From Auanema rhodensis (lineage: Eukaryota > Animalia > Nematoda), in NCBI GenBank assembly GCA_964057225.1, contig OZ059899.1, forward strand, positions 16,492,001 through 16,556,000: a stretch of DNA of 64,000 nt. Direction: 5' to 3'. The notes beneath the pieces were generated by a model. The model did no database searches. It was given only the letters and a program-made list of their open reading frames with translations, and had not been told where the DNA came from. Positions 53,358-64,000 of this stretch are shown piece by piece. Position 1 is the stretch's first letter; each line of letters begins with the position of its first letter. The translations under genes were made by a program, and so were the position numbers.

Positions 53358-53886
53358 TTATCCTCCACAACCTCTGCACCCGCAATGAACACACTCGATG
53401 ACTCTATCAGCATCTAATTTACTCTTAGGAACACGACAGATACAGTTCGTTCCGAAATTTGTATCTCTTGCTTGAATGCAACTATAAAAAAAATGAATTA
53501 ACAAAATATGAAATAATACATACCGTAAACAACACAGATTTTCATAGCCCTGCTTCTTCCATTTTGCAATTAAAAGAGGATCAGCTATCTTTAATTGAAT
53601 ACAAAAATCGTATAACTCTTTTGAAATTTCCTCTCGTTTAAAATACATGTCAAAGATATATCTACTTCTTTGATGGTGAATTCTAAACAAAATAATATTA
53701 TATAGAATTAGTAGAAACTACTAACTTAAAAATGGGCCATAAAGACTCATTTCTTCTTTTTCCTTCATGTGGCTCCGTTTCAGCTTCTCTCATCTTCTGC
53801 TCAAATTCTTCTAGAGTAGGTTCAAGAAGCTCCCATCCCTCTGGTGGTTGCTTTCTATGTCTTTTGAGCCTAGCTTGAAGAGACAT
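53358..53886 (-). CDS. BUD31: Pre-mRNA splicing factor BUD31/G10
   Basis: [60 protein letters not shown]. Confidence 0.97.
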
Positions 53887-54330
53887 TATCTTAAAAAAAA
53901 AAGAAATATAAGTTTGAACTGAAAAAAAAACAAAAGCAAAACGTATTCCACAGTAGCATTTTGAGACAATTATTTTCGAAATGGTATAGTTTCAATAAAA
54001 CGAATGACAGAGAAAATCTAATTGATAAGAGTATTTCATAAAGAAACATATATAATATATATAGAAAACATCCACAAATTGCAGCTAATTTATATAGAAA
54101 TAATTTAAAATATTCAAATAGACAAGCGAAAAATTGCTCAAATGTGACGTCATAAATCGATTAAAGGTCTGTATTTTACTACCGGCGCGTACAATTAAAT
54201 TTTAAACCTGTTTTTTTTTGTAGTTTAATGCGATATATAGTTAATTTATGCAAAATATTTTTCTTTCAGATTCTTTAATTAAAAACTAACAATATAACAA
54301 TAAAAATTCAACAAGCTTGTTTAAAATAGT

Positions 54331-57300
54331 ATGTCTGATCCCGATAGTGGCTACCCCACGCCACGCGATGATTATACTGAAGACAATGTTCGCTGTTTTA
54401 AGATTTTTTATTTTTAAAATGAATATTATTTCAGCCTGTTGAACCTTCAGATCTAACTCCAGTGAAAAATCATAATTTTCCTGCAATATCTACGCCTTTT
54501 GCCGGATCTTCGATTAAAAACCTAGGCGATATATTCAGTGAAGGGTATACCATTTTAACAGCATTTTAATCATATTAACTGTTTTAATTCAGTCTTACAC
54601 CTATTCGGCATAGTTCCGAAGAAAGAAATTCTACTGGTTGGTCTTTTATTCAATATTTTATTCAATTTTATTATTGTAGAAGACGCTAAAAAGTTTATCA
54701 ATTATGTAAGAAACAAGAAGCGTTCTTCACCTTCCGATAAGGTTTGTTGAATTAGTGGTATTTTTTTTAAAATTTGGAAAATTAGAATCTGAAAGAACAG
54801 CTTTCTCGAATAGAAGAATTAGTCAATGAGAAAAGCAGGACGATAGAGGTAGTTTTTCAAAAATATATTTTTTCCATTAGTTTTCAATGTTATTAGTCAC
54901 TGGAAGGTCACATTGATGCTTTAAATCATGAAAAAGAAAATATGAATGATAAATTAAATGAAAGCCATCAAATTATAGCCGAAACTAATGTAAATCTTGA
55001 AGTTCATTCCTTGGAACTAGAAGTAAGTTCGCTGCAAATATTTTATTTATAAAATTCTTGTTATAGGAAGCAAACAAAGTTATAGAAAATTTAACAAATG
55101 AATTAAATTCTTTAAGAAAGGTATGTTTTTCATAGTCGAAATAGAAATTGTCTTGTTTCAGGATAATTTCGATTTGGATAAAGAAACAGTTAGATTAAAA
55201 GAAGTTGTTAATGCTCGAGATGAACATATAAAGCATATTGAAAAAACGAATGGAAAGCTAAACGTAGAAGTTAAAAACTTAGAAACTGCTCAAAAACTCA
55301 TGCTCGAGGTGATTATTAATACAATACATTAGGAATCTTATCACTGCGTTTCAGGCTAAACAAGCTCTAGATGATGAAAGAAAACAGTTTCTCGCTAAAG
55401 AAAAGAAAATTCAAGAAGATGCTGAAATCAATTATAACTTTTACAAAAAACAAATAGAAGATTTGCAAGCCGTATGTAGCTTATTTTTCATTTGAATTTT
55501 AAGAACATTCAAATATATTAGGAAAGAGATCATTTTCTTTCTGATAAGGAAGAGACCTCTAAGACATTATCTGCAGGACGAAAGCAGGAAATTAGACTGT
55601 TGGAAGAAAATGAAGATTTACGGAAACAAATTCTTGACTTCGAGAATAAGGTTTTTCTTATTTTATATTATTTTGTAATATTGTGTTTAGACTGAATTAT
55701 TATCAAACGAACTTCGGATTACTAAAAGTCGGGAAAATGATATAAAAGCGGCCAAAGAACGATGTGATCTGCAGCTTGCTGATCTCTTGAACGATAAAAA
55801 AAACATCGATACTTTGAAGTCTAATTTGGCATCAGTTACTGAACTGAAAGACAAATTCAAGGTTACTATAACAGAAAATGAGAATCAAATTGAAGAGTTA
55901 AAGGTAAAGACCTATATGCTATGAGGATATGTAAGTTTTTCGTTGCAGAAAACAATCAAAAAACTAGAGAAACAAGTAGGTTCTTTCAATAGTGAAATTG
56001 AGAAACAGTCGGTGAAAATCACGGTTGGTTGAATTATAACTTCTAATTTATTTATAAAAATTCAATTTAAGGATCTGAAGGGAATGAATGAAGAATTGGT
56101 TAGCTCTAATATAGAACAAAAAAACAAAATTTCGGAACTTACACGTAAACTTGGGAATTCAGAGAAGTAAGTTTGAATTGTTTTTCTTTTTTATTCATAT
56201 ACTTATGTGTATAGAACTCTCCATGATCTGAAAATAACAACAACTAAATCGAAAGAAGACTGTGATAAATTGACTGATGATCTGTTAAAGTCAGAGTCTG
56301 AAAAGAAAATAGTTTGTTGCTATATTCATGTTTATGTTTATTGTTTCTTTTAGTTGAAAGAAAAATGCTCTCGGCTTGTTGAATTGGAGGGCTTGAATGC
56401 TAAGCTCTCCGAAGAAGTTGCATTCCTCAGAAAGGTTGTCCATAAATTTTTTTTTTTATTATAAAATTTCATTTAGGAGCTTGAAACTCATAAATCAGTA
56501 GAAGAGGTGGAAAAATTAGAAGCCCAATTAGCTTTGAGCTATAATGCCAATGCACAACTCGTAGAAGAGAATGCTTGTTTGAGAGAACGTGAAGTAATTT
56601 ATTATATATTGTATTTCTATAATTATTTTGTCTCAGGAGGAAGTTCGACAAAGCCTTATGAAAGCGGAATCTTTGAAATTTGAGTTGAAAGGGAGGGAGG
56701 ATAGAATAAGCAAAATTGAAAAAAATATGGTTGTCATTTGATTTTATTCACAAATCTTAATGAATGAATCTTTAAGGATACCCTGGAAAAGGAGTTAGCA
56801 ACAGTTAAGCATGAAAGGGATCTTATGACTTCGGAAAGAATTGCTCTCATTAATGAATTTGATGCTGTTCGGGTATGTTCCTGTCATTAAATTCTTTTTT
56901 TATTATTTCTTTCTAGGAAGCACATGAACATGAAAAGGCCAAGTTAATGCAAGATGTTGAAACACTGAACTCCAGACTTGTCCAACTTGAAGCTCTTGAC
57001 GGTTATCCAGGTCAAATGTCATTTGATGCCATGAATAGAACTGTATGGGACGTTGTACCTAGAGAAGTTCGTGGTGTTCTGGAGAATTTGAAAAAGGTTT
57101 ATATTAATTTTGAGTTTCTTATATGAATTGATTATTATTTAGGATTCAGCTGAGATTCGAAGCATCGTAGATAAGATGCAAAAAATCACTGTAGAATCCT
57201 CAGATAGGTATGGTAGTACTCATAGCATCCATCTAGATCTAGGTCACTCACGACCTCAAAGTCGCATAAGTAATATATTGTTTCTTCTTTTCTATTATTT

Positions 57301-58753
57301 CAATTGTATTAATTTTAGACAACAGTAATTCTTCAACTCTAGTAGGAAAATCAGTTAAAGTTTTTGATGATTTAATCCAATCGTTGACGGATGTAGATTT
57401 AGTAAGCTAGTGTTTCCATTTAAAGTTACAAATTTTTAATTTTCAGAGTGATTGTGAAGAAGGTACTCCCGAGATTAGACAATATATTATTAAATTTTTA
57501 CGTACCGTTGCCTTTGACACTGAAAACACCAACAAGTCTGTATGTTTTACTTTTTTGGTTATCTTATTTATCCTTAATATCATAAAACAGATGCTACAAT
57601 TTTTGGAAAACATAAGTAGACTATTGGAAAGAAGATCTGACATTCTGAAACAAGATCTAATGACAACTAAATCTCAACTAGAAGAAATCAAACAAGAACA
57701 TAGGACCACAATTCGAGATCTTGGCGACCAAAGAGTTCATCTGGCTGCAGCTGAAGAGCATGTTCGGTTATTGCGGAAAGATATAGATGAACGCGATCGT
57801 CGCTATGATGACTTAAAGTAATATTATAATTTTTTTTTTGAATAAGCATTGAATTTTCGGCGTCAATTAGATAGGCTAGTTATTAGTGAGAAACGGCTGA
57901 ATAAGGATATGTTGGAACGAGATGAAGAATTGAAGAAAAGTGCTAGGGTCCAGCAAGAATGTTTGATTGAATTGGAAGTATGTTCTATCCTCTCATTTGT
58001 TTTGTATCTCCATTTTTATCTACAGGAGTTGATGGCTGAACGTCAAGAAGTGGACGCAGAATTGAAAAAACGTGAAGATGCCCTTATGAGAGCTTTAGCT
58101 GATATTGAAGAGTATGATGATTTGTTGAGTTAATAATGCGTTTTTGTGATTATTTCAGACTCCATAGGAAGCTAATATTAGCAGACGAGTCATTATCCGA
58201 ATCGTCAGCTCAAGTAAATGCCCAGAACTCTATCATACAACAATTAGAAATTAAAGGTTTCAACAAAGAAATTATTTGTTGTTCATAAAAAGTATTTCAG
58301 TTAAAAGCTTGACTCGACAACTTCAACACGAGTTGAAAACTAAAAAATATAATCAAGACACAATGGAAATGTGTTTGAAGCTGTTTGAACAAGAAGAAGA
58401 ATATGTGAAACGATTAAGACGACGGAATTCAGAACGTCAAAATATTATTGAGGATTTACTTGCTGGTAAAGAAGTTGGAGAGGTATGTTGTGATCAACTT
58501 GTTATACCTGCTCTCTTTATTTTAGAAAATGAAAAGAAAGCTTAGCCGTTTTATAACAGAAGATAATGATGATTCGGCCGAAGTTCGGAAGCATCAGCAC
58601 GCTTGGTCCGGTATTTTAAGACAACGACAGGTAGATCCCCAAAATGTCCTTAAAGAACGAAGCGACACACAATCATCTGCTGCTCTTTCGGGAATCGCTC
58701 GCAAAACATCCACACCTAATCAGACTCTTAATTCAGTTTTTAACTTTGAATAA
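54331..58753 (+). CDS. Large multi-exon coiled-coil protein, unassigned
   Basis: More than 20 short GT-AG-bounded exons rich in E/K/L heptads (ORF pieces 55123, 57555, 57849, 58276, 58529). Starts MSDPDSGYPTPR and ends ...TLNSVFNFE*. Confidence 0.75.
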
Positions 58754-59149
58754 GCGTAGCTAATTGGAAAAATGTCCAACGAACATGTTTTACTCTATAA
58801 TATTTAAGGAATTGCCTTATTTCCTGCTTTGTCTTACTATAATATGTCTTATCATCATTTCTTAGATCTCAAAATTCTTGGTATTACTGTACAGTATTTA
58901 ATTTAATATAACTTCATAAGAAAAAAACATAACGGGGTATGACTGATACTGAATATAATGCACTAATATCATGATAAATTAATTCACTTTTTGTTTTTAT
59001 AATTATTATTAATATTGTATATATATATATATATATATATGTTGAATAAATCACAATGGTCTTAGCCAGCATCACTCTTTCTACATCATCTACGCACTTT
59101 CCCACGCTTGCATGAGCCCGTATTGCTTGGGATTCTTGAAGGCTGAAGT

Positions 59150-60932
<1,783 letters not shown>

Positions 60933-63129
60933 GCGATGAATACATACGACGAGAAGATAATGCTAGAAGTTTGTGGAATATATATGGAGAAGTGAAACAG
61001 CGTATTTCAATTCAAGTTGGATTATAGCGTACAATGTTCAACGTTTGAGAATGATTGCAGACAAAAACGACGGGTAATAGAACATTTCAAACGAATTTTT
61101 CATAAATATGAAAGCTTTGAGAGAGAGAGAGAGAGAGAAAAAAAGAAAGAGAAAAGGGAGGATAGGAGAAGGTAGAGAAAAAAAGCTGAAACAATCATCT
61201 GCCAGATATCGAAAGTAAATTGATGAGGCGGAAACTGCCAGAAATACGTAGGCATCAACCGTGAGAGCTAGACTAAACAGAAAAAAAGTTAAAAGCTGGA
61301 AGTACGAGGCAGTTAAGGCGCATTCATGGTTTCCGAGTGTTTAATTGGAATTTTTCAGAAAGGCTATCATTGCAAAAGGTCGGGGAGAGGCTTAGGGATA
61401 ATACTATTAGTTTGAGAGACAAGCAGTCTAGAGGAAGTGGCCCATGCAAGACAAAAAAATCTTGTAGAATCATCATGATGCAAATAGACAGAAGAGTATC
61501 GTCTAGAGCTGGAATGAAGTTGAATTCATCCAGATATATGCATTATATTATGCATTAACAGCATGATATATGGAGCTCGAAGTAGGTATTAGAAATAAGA
61601 CATGACGAAAGCTAAGTATGATTGGCTCCGACTTTGAAAACAGAAGAGAGCAGCAAGAGAACGAGCAGAACAAGAGTGTTGGAGAGATCAAGAACAAGCA
61701 AGGGGAGTAGAGAGGGCATGAAGGGACGGAGATATAAAACGAGGGAGGGAGGCCAGTTGATGAGAACGTGAGAATGAGGGCGATTAAGTTGCTGAGCATA
61801 AACGAAGGGCAGTGGTAACAAGTTGAGCTGAACACAAAAGCTTTGACGTGAAAACGGAAAACAGTTGTTTAAGGAAAAAATAGAAGAAAAGCAAAAAGTT
61901 GGTTCAATATAGAAGAATTGGATATGATATGAGGGTTAGCATAATCTAACCAATGAATATATATATAATTAAATAGTTTTTTATCTACATTTTGAACAAA
62001 AAAATCAAAGTGAAATTGAACAAGTAATAGCAGAAGTAGCTCTGATATCACCCATTTTAAAGATTATTTTCAATATTTTGATATGTTGCCAAAACTTTCC
62101 AATGTGCACATCTTCTTCTGCTGAGAAAAAACTTAGTTATACTGAGATTTGTATGAGTATATAGATAATACTATGATCAAAAGTACCTCAAAATAGTATA
62201 CAAAACTAAAAAGTGAAGGAAATTCGATAGATGCAATTGCTGACTGGCATGAGAACGTCAACTTGATCTAGACCCGTCTACATCATGAACAACTACGTCG
62301 TCGCACATATAGACAAGTTTCAAATGCTTAATCCTGAAAAGCATGTGATCTTATGCACCAAAATCAGAGATGATTGGAGTACGATAGAAATGTAATTAGA
62401 GAGAAACTGAAAATGCTGGTCAGTGTATTGTATAAGTTGGAATTGTAGACACAAACAGCGTCGAGCTCATCTTCTTCAATTTCCATATATCTCTCTATTC
62501 TTGTTCAACTTTTCCGTCCTTCAAACATTAAGCTGAAGATGAAGAACGAGCCAAGGTTTAAACCAATGAGGAAAGGAAGGGAAAGAGTGAGGGAGAATAA
62601 GAGGGGCACGCTGCTCAAATCCAAACTTTAGAAGCACTTTGATCAAAGCAAGTAAGTTGAAGAATACGGAGAAACAGCAGCAAGGAGCAGAAGCAAGCAG
62701 AAAAAGAAGAGAATGAAGAAGGAGATGAAAAAGAGACAGAGGCAGACAACTCAGCTTGAAGACAGCACGCGACATTCCTCAAATTGGCTCTATTATATAT
62801 CAGGAAACAGCTCGTAGAGAATCAGACATATACATATATGTATGTGCGATTCTTAAGTGCTTCATATTCTTTATGTCCTTATCCGTTTTCAACATTTTCC
62901 ATTTTTTCTTTACAGAATTTATTCCTTAATCCCAACGACAAATTTTTTTGCTATGGGTAAATTCTCGAAGGAAATTCAAAACAAATGATGCCAATAGGCG
63001 ATAGAGGAGGATCAACCGGAATGGATTATTCATCTTTCATCCAGGAACTTCTTCACTTTATTCGACATGTGCATGTCAACCTTTTGAAATACATATATGT
63101 TTGTTGTGATCAATATAGGCTTTCGCTTC

Positions 63130-63132
<3 letters not shown>

Positions 63133-63200
<68 letters not shown>

Positions 63201-63246
63201 CCTCTTTCTCTCTCTCTCCCTCTTTCTCTCTCTCTCCCTCTTTCTC
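63133..63246. repeat. (CT)n microsatellite
   Basis: Long CT run with degenerate 3' copies. Confidence 0.95.
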
Positions 63247-63436
63247 AACGCTTCTTTCTTTTTTTTATTCACAAAATTATTTTTCTGATTATTATCTGTT
63301 ACTTAAGCATGCGAACAAATTTACATCCACACATGTATTTCATTGGAAATAATGAATTTAGAGAGTATACATACATGCTAAGACCTCTTCCGTTAATGAA
63401 TTCACAAACAAACAACGTATTTAATTACGATTCTCT

Positions 63437-63467
<31 letters not shown>

Positions 63468-64000
63468 TTTGCTCTCTCTCTCTTTCTCTCTTATTATCCA
63501 TCTATTTCTCTTTCATTCTTTCTCGGCATTTTTAGCTTTTCTTCGATTAATCTTTCTCTCGATCCCTAACTTCTTTCAACAAAAAAAATGCATGGTTCCA
63601 ATTGCAAAGTTAGAAAGTCCATGATCTATCTTGTATGTGTGAAAGCTGTTGTGTGTCGTAAGTTCTCGTAGTTCCGGATCTGATCGAAATGAAAACTTTC
63701 ATATCTTATGCATATTTGGATTTTCGCCTTCCCGTCTCCCTTACTCCCTTTCTCTCTCAATACCTCCTTCTCTTTCTCTATATATTTGTTATAAGCTATA
63801 TACTACTTTCTCTAACTTTCTTTTGGTATTCAGTATTTCGTTTACTATCTCGAACTACATACTGCCCTCATGGATTTCATGTAAACAGCCAAGAACAAAG
63901 TTTTTCAATGGTAGAATAAGGTTAAAGGTGGCAGCACAGCCTTTCTCTCATCCGTATATAACTTAAGAATTCCTTTGAGGCCAAAACTAACTAAGTTTTT

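Overview
Eukaryotic, AT-rich DNA with ~45-55 nt introns, TTTCAG/TTTTAG acceptors and many (AG)n tracts; the gene content points to a rhabditid (clade V) nematode (inference). Positions 1-16944 are a tandem array of ~85 near-identical 200/201-bp units; the 67-270 aa ORFs listed there are repeat artefacts. Each unit folds into a pre-miRNA-like hairpin whose 3' arm begins UCACCGG(A), which matches the miR-35/36 family 6-mer seed, so the 'satellite' may be a massively amplified miRNA cluster. Next comes a 1453-bp near-perfect inverted repeat carrying two convergent copies of a 7TM chemoreceptor gene; they are identical up to the end of TM7/helix 8 but have different C-terminal tails. The remainder is gene-rich: a divergent SLC6/snf transporter, the lury-1 neuropeptide precursor, cytochrome b561, V-ATPase subunit D (vha-14), a small Nsl1/Mis14-like coiled-coil gene, a secreted intron-containing protein resembling the bacterial Tlde1/DUF2778 peptidoglycan toxins, TMEM165/GDT1, an RSKR-like kinase, a SMYD-type SET protein, BUD31, a long coiled-coil protein and an STK32/YANK kinase. 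Gene models were spliced by eye, and CDS coordinates span introns.
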